Assembly (NCBI GenBank): GCA_963827235.1
Contig: CAWHAE010000016.1
Coordinates: 864,001 to 928,000, forward strand
DNA length: 64,000 nucleotides
Reading direction: 5' to 3'
DNA from: an uncultured bacterium
GTDB taxonomy: Bacteria; Chloroflexota; UBA5177; JANWHV01
Below, one piece after another: positions 38,984 to 51,256 of the stretch; positions within the stretch are counted from its first letter, which is position 1, and every line of letters starts with the position of its first letter. The notes below the pieces were generated by a model. That model ran no database searches. It had not been told where the DNA came from and saw only the letters and a list, made by a program, of their open reading frames with translations. The translations under genes and the position numbers were made by a program.

Positions 38984-40888
38984 TCAGTCGGGTGGTCGTC
39001 GCGGGAGCGTTATGCCTGGGTAGCTGGCGCACCAGTCGACGTTTGCTCCAGCGGTGGGCCGAGTGCCATAGACACGGACGGCGGTTGCCCGGCCTTTGAC
39101 GTGGACTTCTCCGAGCGCTGTGGGCGCGAGCTCTGCTGTCAGCTCGGGCGCTAACGACTCGACGACGGCCGCGCTGGCTACGATGGAGAAGCCGGCCTCC
39201 TTGGTGTAGCTCTCCAGGCGCGAGGCAGTGTTGACCGTATCGCCGATCGCGGAGTATTCGCGCTTTGACGGCGCACCCATGACCCCAACTGCCGCCGGAC
39301 CGTGATGCAGTCCGATTCCGATGGCAATCCGCAGGCCGAATGTGCTCGCGAATTCCTCGTTGAGGGCGAGCAGCCGCCGCTGCATGCCAAGAGCTGCGCG
39401 AACGGCCTTGGTTTGAGGCTCGGCAAGATCGGATGGAGCACCGAACAGCGCCATAACGGCGTCTCCCACGTACTTGTCCACCGTGCCATCCTGGCGCTGG
39501 ATTTCCTCCACCATGGCGCTGAAGTAACGGCTCAAAAGCCGCACGATCGCCTGCGGCGGCAGCCCTTCAGAGAGCGTTGTGAAGCCACGGATGTCGGAGA
39601 ATAGCACCGTGATCTCGCGCACCTCGCCTTCCAGACCAAAGGCGTCCGGATCGTCGAGGATGCGCGACACGACTCCAGGCGCTACATACCGGCCGAACAG
39701 CGAGCGAAGCTCCCGATGTGCGCGCTGCTCGGTAGAGAACCGCGCCCCAAGCACCGAGAGCGGCGAAAGCACGAGGGCAACTGTAGGCGCGCTCACGTCG
39801 ATCCATGTATTGAAGAGCAGGAAGGCTGCGATGCTTGCAGCAGCCGCGAGCACGGTGAGGCCGGCGATGACCAGCAAGGTTGTCAGGAGCCGGGCGCGGA
39901 TCGCCCAACCGGCGACCAACGCCGCGAGTGGGAAGGTAAGCAAGATCTGCGTCGGGGTCCCAGGCCTCTGCAACGGATCGTGTTCCAGCATTGTGTTGAG
40001 AGCGTTGGCATTGAGCTCTATGCCGTACATGACGTCGGCGCCGCCATTGGCCTGTGAGACACCGCTATCAACAGGCGTGGAGAAATAGTCCTTGTCAACG
40101 CTGAGCTCATCGCCGACGGCCACGATCGCACCCTTGATTGCCGCGAGATTCTGTGTGCCATCCAGCACCGAGGCAAGCGAATAGGTCGGATACGTGGCGC
40201 CTGCAGGTCCTGCGAAATCGATCAGAAACGTGCCGCTGCTCGTATTCGGGTGCTCGCCCAGCGCTAGGGCAGCAGCGAGGGCAAATGATGGTGGTGCATG
40301 GCCCGCGGCATTCTGTGCGGCATCGATCCAATAGTTGTATTCGCGATAGCGGGCGAGCGGGTCGCGGCCGTCCGGCGGCGGGAGATTGACCACGCCAATT
40401 CCACGAGCGGCCGCTGCTATGCTGCTTTCAAGGGGCACCAAGCTCAACGAATTCGTGTACAGGGTCGAGCCCACGGCGATTTCCTGAGCCAGGACCACGT
40501 TGCCTGCACGACGTATAGCGCTGCTCAACTGCGCCGTGCCGCTGCGGCTGTCTTCGTACAGGCGGTCAAGCATGATCAAGCGTGCACCGGCCGAGTGAAG
40601 GCGGTCCACGAGCTGCGCGGTTGCAGCGCGCGACCAGCCGTCAAGTACCTGGTCGCTGTGTTGATCATACGCCACGATCACAATCGGGACCCGAGGCGGG
40701 TCCAGCCCTGCCTGGTGCCTCAGGGCAAATAGCTGGCTTTGCCAGGCGAGGTCCAGAGGCTCGAAGGCGCCGCGCAGAGCCAGGGATCCGCACACGATGA
40801 GCACCGCGAGGGCGGCAGCCACGCAGGCGATGCGAGTGTTGCGGCGCGCGCGCCGCGCCGGCCCACTATGTATTCGCTTCTCGGGCAC
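38984..40888 (-). CDS. CHASE2-domain class III adenylate/guanylate cyclase
   Basis: TM, then IVIVAYD..S...W.R, D.F.TP, MYGIELNAN, and 3 TM. Cyclase motifs FSDIRGFT, DKYVGDAVM, YSAIGDTVNTASRLE and VKGR. The Lys plus Ser specificity pair suggests class IIIb adenylyl cyclase. Confidence 0.92.
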   Translation of the reverse strand: MPEKRIHSGPARRARRNTRIACVAAALAVLIVCGSLALRGAFEPLDLAWQSQLFALRHQAGLDPPRVPIVIVAYDQHSDQVLDGWSRAATAQLVDRLHSAGARLIMLDRLYEDSRSGTAQLSSAIRRAGNVVLAQEIAVGSTLYTNSLSLVPLESSIAAAARGIGVVNLPPPDGRDPLARYREYNYWIDAAQNAAGHAPPSFALAAALALGEHPNTSSGTFLIDFAGPAGATYPTYSLASVLDGTQNLAAIKGAIVAVGDELSVDKDYFSTPVDSGVSQANGGADVMYGIELNANALNTMLEHDPLQRPGTPTQILLTFPLAALVAGWAIRARLLTTLLVIAGLTVLAAAASIAAFLLFNTWIDVSAPTVALVLSPLSVLGARFSTEQRAHRELRSLFGRYVAPGVVSRILDDPDAFGLEGEVREITVLFSDIRGFTTLSEGLPPQAIVRLLSRYFSAMVEEIQRQDGTVDKYVGDAVMALFGAPSDLAEPQTKAVRAALGMQRRLLALNEEFASTFGLRIAIGIGLHHGPAAVGVMGAPSKREYSAIGDTVNTASRLESYTKEAGFSIVASAAVVESLAPELTAELAPTALGEVHVKGRATAVRVYGTRPTAGANVDWCASYPGITLPRRPPD

Positions 40889-41037
40889 GTCTAGCTCCTG
40901 ACGTCAGATCGCTCGCAGGCCGCGCCCATTGCCCGGCCCCCACCAAACTCGCGACGCATGGCGAAGAGCAGGCGGAGCTACCGTCCGCCATTACCAATCC
41001 ATGCGCCGGATGACCACTGCGTACACACGGCACCGCT

Positions 41038-42521
41038 TTAGGAAGCCGCTGCCACGGTAATCTGTGTTGAAAGCTGGAGACCACTTGTCTGTCCGGTAGC
41101 AGCTACCGTGTGTGTGCCCGCCGGCTCGGTCGGCGGAATAGTGACTCGTGCGCTAAACGTGCCATCGGCAAGAACGGAAGGCGAGGCTACTTGGGTGCCG
41201 TCAAGTGTGATTAGCACGACCTCGGAAGCCTGGAAACCGGTGCCGCTGATGGCCACCACTTGACCAGGCGTGATGACAGACTGGTTGCCCGGTACCAGGG
41301 ACGAAAACGCGATATGTAACGTGGGCAGTGGGAGCCGGTGTCGCGGCCGCGGTCGGCGTGCCTGGCGGCCCGACCGGCACGGTCGCCGTAGTCGTAGGCG
41401 TGACCGTCGGAGTAACTATGGCCGTCGCCGTGAGGGTGGCTGTCATGGTCGGCGTGAGGGTGGCTGTCATGGTCGGCGTGATGGTGGCCGTCGCCGAAGG
41501 AGTGGCCGGCTGCGTGTAGGTGCAGTCACCGTCGGCGTCGCGGTCTTCGTCGGCGTATTCGTAGCCACCTCGCCGGCGGAATCAGGCTCGCCGGCAGCAC
41601 GGCCGCGGTGGTGTTCGGCAGCATCTTCACCCACGCCACCACCCTGCGCACATCCACGTTCGTAGGCGCGGTCGGCGCCCGGTTAGCCACTACCGTCGTC
41701 TGCTGACCGGCGCTCACCAGCGTCGAGCGCTTCTGATTGGTCACCTGCACCCGCCCCTCCACCACGGTGACTACAAACGAGCGGCTTTTCGCGTTGTAGC
41801 GTACGTCGAATCGGGTGCCCTTGGTGGCCGCCAACGCGGTGCCTGCCTGCACCTGGTGGCTCGTTGCCCCGTGCACCACTGCCAGGAACAACTCCCCACC
41901 GTTAATCGTCGTGTGCAGCGGGTCCTTGATCAGCACGTCGGTATTGCTGTTCAGGTCAAGCAGCGTGCCATCCCGCGTCTCGAGCGAGGCAAGTTGCGCT
42001 CGCCCTGTCAACGCGTGATAGTTCGCCAGCAAGTCACTGCCCACCGTGCCCGGTTGGAGCTTCGCATGCGGGGGTAGGATACCCATGCCACGCACGATCG
42101 CCGCCACCGAGACCGGCGGACCCAGCACAATCGGCACCCGAAGCGTGGCCACGCTAAACCCCGAGGCGCTGACACGCACCGTGGCGGCGCCCAGCGCGCT
42201 GGCATGGACCATTATGGCCAGCGCGCCATGCGCCGCGGTTCCCTGCAGCAGTTTGCCGACCCCGCTAACGCTGACGTGCGCCGAGACCGGCTTGTTCCCC
42301 GGGCCCGTCACCACCACGTGCAGCAGGACGTCCCGACCGATTTTGATTTGATTCGGCGTGACCGTCACATGCAGAGCGACCGTCTGCGCGGGCTGGGACT
42401 CCGCCGCACGAGCGGGCGCCGCAGTCGGCCCCTGCAACGCAACCAGCAGCGACACGAGTGCGACCAGCACGACACGACCGAGACTACGCAAGAGCACTCC
42501 GGAGGGTGGGGCGGGTTGCAA
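41038..42521 (-). pseudogene. Secreted FecR-like protein with Pro/Thr linker and C-terminal Ig-like domain, frameshifted (or sequencing error)
   Basis: Signal peptide. DGTLLDLNSNT...AATKGTRF...VVEGRV FecR-like core. TP-rich linker and GQVVAISGTGF domain lie in other frames, with shifts near 41570, 41515 and 41305. Confidence 0.7.
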
Positions 42522-43036
42522 GCAGGCGGTCTGCGCCCAGACCGCAATTTACGCTACCCCGTCGAGATCCTATCGTCAAGTGCTGCGCTCCGCGCGCTCA
42601 CGTGGTAACCTTCCGCGGCCTGGCGTCAATCTTCAGCGGACAATGACAGACCGTATCGTCGGAGGTGCCGCGCTCGCGGTCGGGCGCGGTGCCGAACACG
42701 CCTTGCAACCGGGCCATGACCTGATGTGGATGGTCGGCACCGGACCGCTGTCGGTACATGGGCAGCTTTGACCTGCTCTTGCACATTAGTCCCGATATAG
42801 TAGTGTTAAGTGAGACTCTGCGATTCTTCCCCGTCACAGGCGTCGCGATGCACTCCCTCCAGCCAACGGGCGATCATCATCTGCTGGAGACAGGGGAAGG
42901 CGCTCACTAGCTACTCGCCGGCAGGTGCAGAGGTCTGGCTGCGGTGCTCGTCGCCCTGCGCGCGCACGGGATCGAGTCGAAGCCACGCTGCACTTGTCTC
43001 AGTCACGCCAGTCGCAACGATGAAGGCAAACCATAG

Positions 43037-43828
43037 ATGAACATCGACGAACGATTGATCGGCCTGCGCGGCGTTGGCATCCTGGCCGCCACTTCAGACG
43101 ATGTGCTTGCAGAGGTGGCACAGGGCCTCACCGCAGTGACTGTCGAAGCCGGTCAGACCATCTTCGCAAAGGGTGAGGCCGGTGACTCACTCTACATCAT
43201 CGCCGACGGCAAAGTCGGCATCTTCGATGGCCCATTGCTTCTCGGCCACCACTATCCCGGCGATGTATTTGGAGAGATGGCAGTACTGGATTCACAGACG
43301 CGGAGTGCCACGGCAGTTGCAGCGACCGTGTGCAGGCTCTACCGGCTCAGTAGCACCGAGTTTCGCCATCTGCTCAGCGAGCGTGGTGAGGTGGCCGAAG
43401 GCGTCATCAAGGTGCTCTGCGAGCGCCTGCGGAACACCAATTCCAATCGGACCGAGGACTACGAGTACATTCGCATGGTCGAGATGATCACCTCCGCGGC
43501 TCACGATCTTGAGATCTGCACGTTCCGCGCGGAATCCCTTCAGGAGGTGACCCAGCGAACCGACTCGTTGGGACACCTTGCCCGCGTCTTTCTGCGCATG
43601 GCGCGCGAAGTGCAGGCTCGGGAGGAGGCCCTCAAGCAGATGGTTCGTGAGCTGCAAATCGAGATCGACCCTGTGCAGCAGGCTAAGCAGGTGGATGAGA
43701 TTGTCGACACCGACTTCTTCAAGAACCTGCAGGTCCGGGCCCAGTCTACGCGCGGCTCTCGGACCTTCGGCAGAGTCGAACCGGCAGTCGCGGATGTAGT
43801 GTCCGCTAACGACAGCAGTCCGCGATGA
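43037..43828 (+). CDS. Cyclic-nucleotide-binding protein with HAMP-like segment and conserved C-terminal tail
   Basis: GQTIFAKGEAGDSLYII and phosphate-binding cassette FGEMAVLDSQTRSAT. No HTH. C-terminal LARVF..MA.EVQARE...IEID...TDFF. Confidence 0.85.
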   Translation: MNIDERLIGLRGVGILAATSDDVLAEVAQGLTAVTVEAGQTIFAKGEAGDSLYIIADGKVGIFDGPLLLGHHYPGDVFGEMAVLDSQTRSATAVAATVCRLYRLSSTEFRHLLSERGEVAEGVIKVLCERLRNTNSNRTEDYEYIRMVEMITSAAHDLEICTFRAESLQEVTQRTDSLGHLARVFLRMAREVQAREEALKQMVRELQIEIDPVQQAKQVDEIVDTDFFKNLQVRAQSTRGSRTFGRVEPAVADVVSANDSSPR

Positions 43829-44413
43829 GAGGAGCAGTGGTCCGACAAAGCCGGAACCGTCGCGGCTCACCCTTCCAGGCCGCTACCCAATGAATCGACG
43901 CACCCCTGGCAGCATCGTGGACTACCACGTATATGTGCACTACGCGGACACGTGCCGTGCGAGTATCTGTTGTTGCGGTCGCACGGCGGGCTCGACAGGC
44001 CTCCAGTTTGCGCTGAATAGCGAAATACCGGCCGGTTTGTAGCGCCGGATCATGTTCTGGACATCGGACCGGTGCCTCTCAGCCGGGATCGTGAGGAGCG
44101 CGGTCCGCATCACTCAGCGGAGCCTGCCAAGCCGGAAAAGGATCGGGACCACGAGATTGGTACCGGCCGAGACCGACTTACTGCTTCCGTCCAAGCGCCA
44201 TCGGCCTTATGGAGGTCGACCCGACGCAGGTGCAGCAAAGCCACTCCGGCGTGTTCAGCTATGCCAGCAAGCTCACGTAAGACGGCCACCACGTCTCGTG
44301 CCGCACAGGCTGGCCGTCATTTTCTCGGGGCGCGGAAGTGGGGGTCGGCTTCCTGCCGTGCCGGCGACACCACAGGGCAAAGTCCGCTCGTGGTGGTGGA
44401 GGCCGATACGGTA

Positions 44414-44442
44414 TTGACGGGCAATAACGCGTACAGTAGAGT
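44414..44442 (+). promoter_or_regulatory. Sigma70-type promoter upstream of the AGE-GlgX operon
   Basis: TTGACG-17 bp-TAGAGT (same -10 hexamer as the promoter at 18276). Confidence 0.6.
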
Positions 44443-44687
44443 TAGATCTGTCTTTTCTTCCTATACCCAACGATGATCTATGCTCGGGATTCCCACCAAC
44501 CTGCTTGCAGAGATTAGCGCATGTGTGTCGAATCCACGTGGCGCGGCAGTGTATCCTTGCGCTTCGAGAGACTTCAATTGAGATCGGAGGCTACCGGGAC
44601 CAAGTAGTCCATCGACCCACGCCAGGTCAGCAGTAATCCCCGTTGGTACCGATGGTTCTAGAGTCAACTGCAGGGAGAACGGTCGTC

Positions 44688-46505
44688 GTGAGTAACCTCA
44701 GCTTTACCTTCTCTGACACCATTGCTGGTTATGTCACCTCTTTCGACGAAGGTACCCGCACCTTCGGCATGAGGACGTCTGACGCGCGCGAGTTCAGCGT
44801 CAAGATCAGTGATGGCGCCTACGCCGAGCTGTTGCGGAACGCGGATGAGCCCTACAAGGACGCGACGGGTCTGATCAATCGCATGCTGGTACCCGGGCGC
44901 TTCCTCTATGCCTACGGCACGTTTTACCCGGAGGCAACTCTCACCTATGAGGCCAAGCGCCTGATCTTCGTGGGCCGCGACGCCGACGAGTTTCTCTTCG
45001 AGAAACCGGACTGGTGGGTGAATCAGATCTCGTCTATTGGTGACTGCTACCTCCGCTGGCAGTTTGGCGACGAACCGGTCGACTATCGCAACTACCGGAC
45101 ACTGATCAGCCTCACCGGTGGCAAGAAGAGGGACGACTTCCGGCAAGAGACCGACACCATCTCGCGCATGATCTACGGATTCGCATCATGCTATTTGCTC
45201 ACCGGGGAGGACCGGTTCCTGGAGGGCGCCGAGAAGGGCACGGAGTACCTGCGCGAACACATGCGCTTCGTCGACCGCGATGAAAACATTGTGTATTGGT
45301 ACCACGGCATCGACGTGCACGGAGCGCGTGAGGACAAAGTCTTCGCGTCCGAGTTCGGCGATGACTACGACGCGATTCCTGCCTACGAGCAGATATATGC
45401 GCTGGCAGGTCCGATCCAGACGTATCGCGTCACCGGCGATACCAGGATTCTCTCCGATGCCAAGGCTACCATCGATCTGTTCGATCGTTTCTTCATCGAT
45501 AAGGAAGGCAGGGGATACTTCTCGCATATCGATCCGATAACGCTGGATCCTCGAAGCGAGACGCTCGGCCGAAATCGCGCCAAGAAGAACTGGAACTCTG
45601 TTGGCGATCACGCCCCGGCGTATCTGGTCAATCTGTGGCTCGCCACGGGTGACGACCGCTACGCCAAGATGTTGGCCTACTGCGCGGATTGCATCGAACA
45701 GTACTTTCCGGACGACGAGCACAGTCCTTTCGTCCAGGAACGCTTCTTTGAAGATTGGAGCCACGACAAGACGTGGGGCTTCCAGCAGGATCGCGCCGTG
45801 GTGGGTCACAACCTGAAGATTGCCTGGAATCTCACGCGCATCTTCAACATGACGGCTGAAGAGCGCTACGCCACCCTGGCCAAGAAGATCGGCCGCGTCA
45901 TGCCCGCCGTGGGCAGCGACACACAGCGCGGCGGCTGGTACGACATGGTCGAACGGACGCTCAAGCCCGGAGAAAAGTATCACCGCTTCTCCTGGCACGA
46001 TCGCAAGGCGTGGTGGCAGCAGGAGCAAGCCATCCTGTGCTACCAGATCCTGGCCGGTACCTTTGGCGGGAATGAGAATCTGAAGCAGGCGCGCGAGGCT
46101 GCCGCGTTCTACAATGCCTTCCATCTCGACCATGATGATGGCGGTGTCTACTTCAACGTGTTGGCCAACGGCATTCCGTATCTGGTTGGGACCGAGCGCT
46201 ACAAGGGTAGTCATTCGATGAGCTTCTACCACTCGTCGGAGCTCTGCTACTTGTCGGCGGTCTATATCAACCTTCTGCTGACCAAGACGCCGATGGATTT
46301 CTTCTTCAAGCCGTTGCCGTCGGCGTTCCCCGGCAACGTGCTGCGGGTCTCACCCGATATCCTGCCGCCCGGCAGCGTGAAGCTCACCGCGGTGTGGATC
46401 GACGACAAACCGTACAGCGCATTCGACTCGAGCGCTCTGACCGTACAGCTGCCGGATACAAAGGAACAGGTCCGTGTGCGCGTCACGATCACTCCGAGGC
46501 GATAG
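44688..46505 (+). CDS. AGE-family (N-acylglucosamine 2-epimerase-like) epimerase/isomerase with extra terminal domains
   Basis: AGGGAG RBS before GTG. SRMIYGF, GDHAP, GHNLKIAW, WWQQEQ and FYHS match the (alpha/alpha)6 AGE motif positions. Confidence 0.8.
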   Translation: MSNLSFTFSDTIAGYVTSFDEGTRTFGMRTSDAREFSVKISDGAYAELLRNADEPYKDATGLINRMLVPGRFLYAYGTFYPEATLTYEAKRLIFVGRDADEFLFEKPDWWVNQISSIGDCYLRWQFGDEPVDYRNYRTLISLTGGKKRDDFRQETDTISRMIYGFASCYLLTGEDRFLEGAEKGTEYLREHMRFVDRDENIVYWYHGIDVHGAREDKVFASEFGDDYDAIPAYEQIYALAGPIQTYRVTGDTRILSDAKATIDLFDRFFIDKEGRGYFSHIDPITLDPRSETLGRNRAKKNWNSVGDHAPAYLVNLWLATGDDRYAKMLAYCADCIEQYFPDDEHSPFVQERFFEDWSHDKTWGFQQDRAVVGHNLKIAWNLTRIFNMTAEERYATLAKKIGRVMPAVGSDTQRGGWYDMVERTLKPGEKYHRFSWHDRKAWWQQEQAILCYQILAGTFGGNENLKQAREAAAFYNAFHLDHDDGGVYFNVLANGIPYLVGTERYKGSHSMSFYHSSELCYLSAVYINLLLTKTPMDFFFKPLPSAFPGNVLRVSPDILPPGSVKLTAVWIDDKPYSAFDSSALTVQLPDTKEQVRVRVTITPRR

Positions 46506-46520
46506 TGCGCAGGTTGGAGA

Positions 46521-46865
46521 ATGACGATGGAAGTTTCTGTCAACACCGTGGATGGCGCCACGGTCGTAGCTCTCGGTGGTGACATCGACGGCAGCACGGC
46601 ACCGGTAGCCCAAGGCAAGATTCTCGAGCACGTGGTTCCGGGTCAAGCATTGATCCTCGACATGACCGATGTCTCGTACATGTCAAGTGCCGGCCTGCGC
46701 ATGCTCCTGTCTGCCCATCGCTCCGCGGTGGCACAGCAGGCGTCTGTACTCCTGGTCGGTCTGTCCGAGGATCTGCAGGATACCATGGCCGCCACCGGGT
46801 TTCTGGAGTTCTTCAGCACGCATGCAACTGTGCCTGCTGCAATGGCATCACTTGGGAAAGGGTAG
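46521..46865 (+). CDS. STAS anti-anti-sigma factor (RsbV/SpoIIAA-like)
   Basis: GDIDGSTAP, ILDMTDVSYMSSAGLR (phospho-Ser position) and TGF. Confidence 0.9.
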   Translation: MTMEVSVNTVDGATVVALGGDIDGSTAPVAQGKILEHVVPGQALILDMTDVSYMSSAGLRMLLSAHRSAVAQQASVLLVGLSEDLQDTMAATGFLEFFSTHATVPAAMASLGKG

Positions 46866-46870
46866 CGGGC

Positions 46871-48997
<2,127 letters not shown>

Positions 48998-49023
48998 CTG
49001 GGGAACGACTAGGGAGAACGTGC

Positions 49024-49341
49024 ATGGCTTTCAGCTCGACGCTCACGTACGAGGGTAATGTGGCAAAGATTGCCATCAATGGTGAACTCGACGCCAGCTC
49101 GGCACCGGCGTTTCGAGAGAGAATCGAGGAGGCAGCCAACCACAATGTGGGGAAGCTGGTCATCCTGATGTCCGGCCTGACCTATATGGCAAGCGCCGGT
49201 CTGCGCGTGCTCATCTTCGCGAAGCAGAAGATGGGCAACTCGGTGGAGATCGCGCTGATTGGCCTGACGGATCCCGTCAAAGAAACCCTTGAGCTGACCG
49301 GCTTCCAGCATAGCGTGACCATCGCCGATTCCTATGAGTGA
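49024..49341 (+). CDS. STAS anti-anti-sigma factor, second copy
   Basis: AGGGAG RBS. GELDASSAP, LTYMASAGLR and LTGF. Confidence 0.9.
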   Translation: MAFSSTLTYEGNVAKIAINGELDASSAPAFRERIEEAANHNVGKLVILMSGLTYMASAGLRVLIFAKQKMGNSVEIALIGLTDPVKETLELTGFQHSVTIADSYE

Positions 49342-49465
49342 GGGACAGGGCTAGACGTCGCAAGAGTCGCCACCTGGCCGGCAACTGTGCACTATCGCCT
49401 TGATCACACGTAACCTCCTATCTGTGTCTGGCCACGTGCGCCGGACATAAGGAAGAAACCAGTTC

Positions 49466-50740
49466 ATGAACGGAAACCAAGCCAGGATCCTCATCGTCAG
49501 CGGGACCGAGGCGACATCGGCCCTTCTGACTGAATATGTTGTCCAGCACGGGTTCGTACCTGCCGTCGCCCAGGATGGCACTCAGGCGCTCGCCGCGGCT
49601 CAGGAGAATCCGCCGGATCTGGTCCTTCTTGCCCTCGATCTTCCCGAGGATGGAAGCACCCTGCTTGCCGAGCGCCTCAAAGCCACGCCGGCGCTGTCGA
49701 CGGTGCCTATCGTCGCCATTGCCGCACAAGAACAGCTTGGCAAGATAGAGTACTGCCTGGCCCTGGGCGTCGAGGACTATGTGCTGCTGCCGCTGCATGC
49801 GCCGGTAGTGCGGGCCCGCCTGGACGTGCTGAATGCTCGCCGGCAACATGCCTCGCTTCCGGCAGACACCCAGCGCGAAGAGGCGTTGCTCAAGATCGAG
49901 CGGGATATTCAAATCGGCCGGAACATCCAGCTGAGCTTCCTTCCCCAGTCGCTGCCGGACGTCCCCGGTTGGGAATTGGCGGCGCGCTTCCAGCCTGCCC
50001 GCGAGGTAGCCGGTGACTTCTACGATGCCTTCCCCCTGAATCAGGGCCGGCGGCTCGGCATAGTGATCGCGGATGTCTGTGACAAGGGCGTCGGAGCTGC
50101 CCTGTTCATGGCGCTGTTCCGCAGCTTGATCCGGGCGTTCGCCCAACAGCACTATTCGATCCGCTGGATGGGCGAGGACGAAACGGACTTTCTATCCGAC
50201 CCGGTGAAGGATAGACGACGCGCCATTCCGTCGACCGGCACCACCGCTCTCAAGAATGCCATGTCGCTGACGAACAACTACATCATCACGAATCACGGCG
50301 ACACGAGCATGTTTGCCACCATGTTCTTTGGCGTGCTTGATCCGATGACCGGCGTGCTCAGCTACGTGAATGGCGGTCACAACCCGCCATGGCTGTTCAA
50401 CGACGCCGGTATCAAAACCCGCCTCGTCCCCTCGGGCCCCGCGGTGGGAATGGTACCCGACGCAGACTTCGCCATACGGCAAGTCACCTTCATGCCTGGC
50501 GACACCCTGCTGACCTTCACTGACGGGGTGCCTGAAGCACGAGATCCCGCTGGAGCATTCTTCACCGAGGCCAGGCTGCGCTCGTGTCTCGGCGATCCGG
50601 CACCGCAATCGGCACATGACCTGGTGTCGCGGGTACACGCCGCACTGACCGCGCACATCGGCAGCGCGGTGCAGTTCGACGACATCACGATGCTTGCGGT
50701 GCGCCGCGCTACAGAAGCAGATGTGCTTGCCGTTACCTGA
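49466..50740 (+). CDS. PP2C/SpoIIE phosphatase with N-terminal pseudo-receiver domain (RsbU/RsbP-like)
   Basis: IQLSFLP, VAGDFYD, IADVCDKG, NGGHNPP, FTDG and DDIT. The receiver-like N-terminus lacks the canonical Asp and Lys. Confidence 0.9.
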   Translation: MNGNQARILIVSGTEATSALLTEYVVQHGFVPAVAQDGTQALAAAQENPPDLVLLALDLPEDGSTLLAERLKATPALSTVPIVAIAAQEQLGKIEYCLALGVEDYVLLPLHAPVVRARLDVLNARRQHASLPADTQREEALLKIERDIQIGRNIQLSFLPQSLPDVPGWELAARFQPAREVAGDFYDAFPLNQGRRLGIVIADVCDKGVGAALFMALFRSLIRAFAQQHYSIRWMGEDETDFLSDPVKDRRRAIPSTGTTALKNAMSLTNNYIITNHGDTSMFATMFFGVLDPMTGVLSYVNGGHNPPWLFNDAGIKTRLVPSGPAVGMVPDADFAIRQVTFMPGDTLLTFTDGVPEARDPAGAFFTEARLRSCLGDPAPQSAHDLVSRVHAALTAHIGSAVQFDDITMLAVRRATEADVLAVT

Positions 50741-50797
50741 GGCAGCGGGCATCCCCGCAGCAGCTGCAAGAGACTTCTCGTCTCAAAGGAGAGCATC

Positions 50798-51226
50798 TTG
50801 GACCGTCTGACGGTACCGGGCAAGCTGGAGTCGCTGGAGGCTATCGGCCAGTTTGTGCTTCGCGCGGCGGGTGAAGCCGGCCTGGACAAGAAGGCAGCGT
50901 ACCGGCTTCGCCTCGCAGTGGATGAGATCGCCACAAACATCATCGTGCACGGATATGAAGAGGCAGGCCGGCAGGGTCCCGTCGCTCTTTGGTCCGAGCT
51001 CGACGAGGGTGAGCTTCGCGTGTGCCTAGAGGACTCGGCACTACCGTTCGATCCGCACGCCGCTCGCACGCCCGCCGGCCTGGATCGACCCCTGGAAGAG
51101 CGCGAGATAGGCGGCTTGGGCGTGTTCCTGGCGCTTCGTGGTGTCGACGATCTGCGCTACGAGCGGGCGGGAGACGCAAACCGGAATACCATCGTCGTGC
51201 ATCGTCCAAAGCCAGCAGCCCAGTAG
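50798..51226 (+). CDS. Anti-sigma factor / Ser kinase (RsbW-like HATPase)
   Basis: AAGGAG RBS before TTG. LAVDEIATNIIVHG (N box), D...FDP and GGLGVFL. Confidence 0.9.
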   Translation: MDRLTVPGKLESLEAIGQFVLRAAGEAGLDKKAAYRLRLAVDEIATNIIVHGYEEAGRQGPVALWSELDEGELRVCLEDSALPFDPHAARTPAGLDRPLEEREIGGLGVFLALRGVDDLRYERAGDANRNTIVVHRPKPAAQ

Positions 51227-51256
51227 GCGAAAGCCGTACTGAGAGAGGGGAACTCC

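Noticed and set aside
44005-44060. c-di-AMP (ydaO) riboswitch suggested by GCTGAAT
   Set aside because: Downstream conserved elements are missing.
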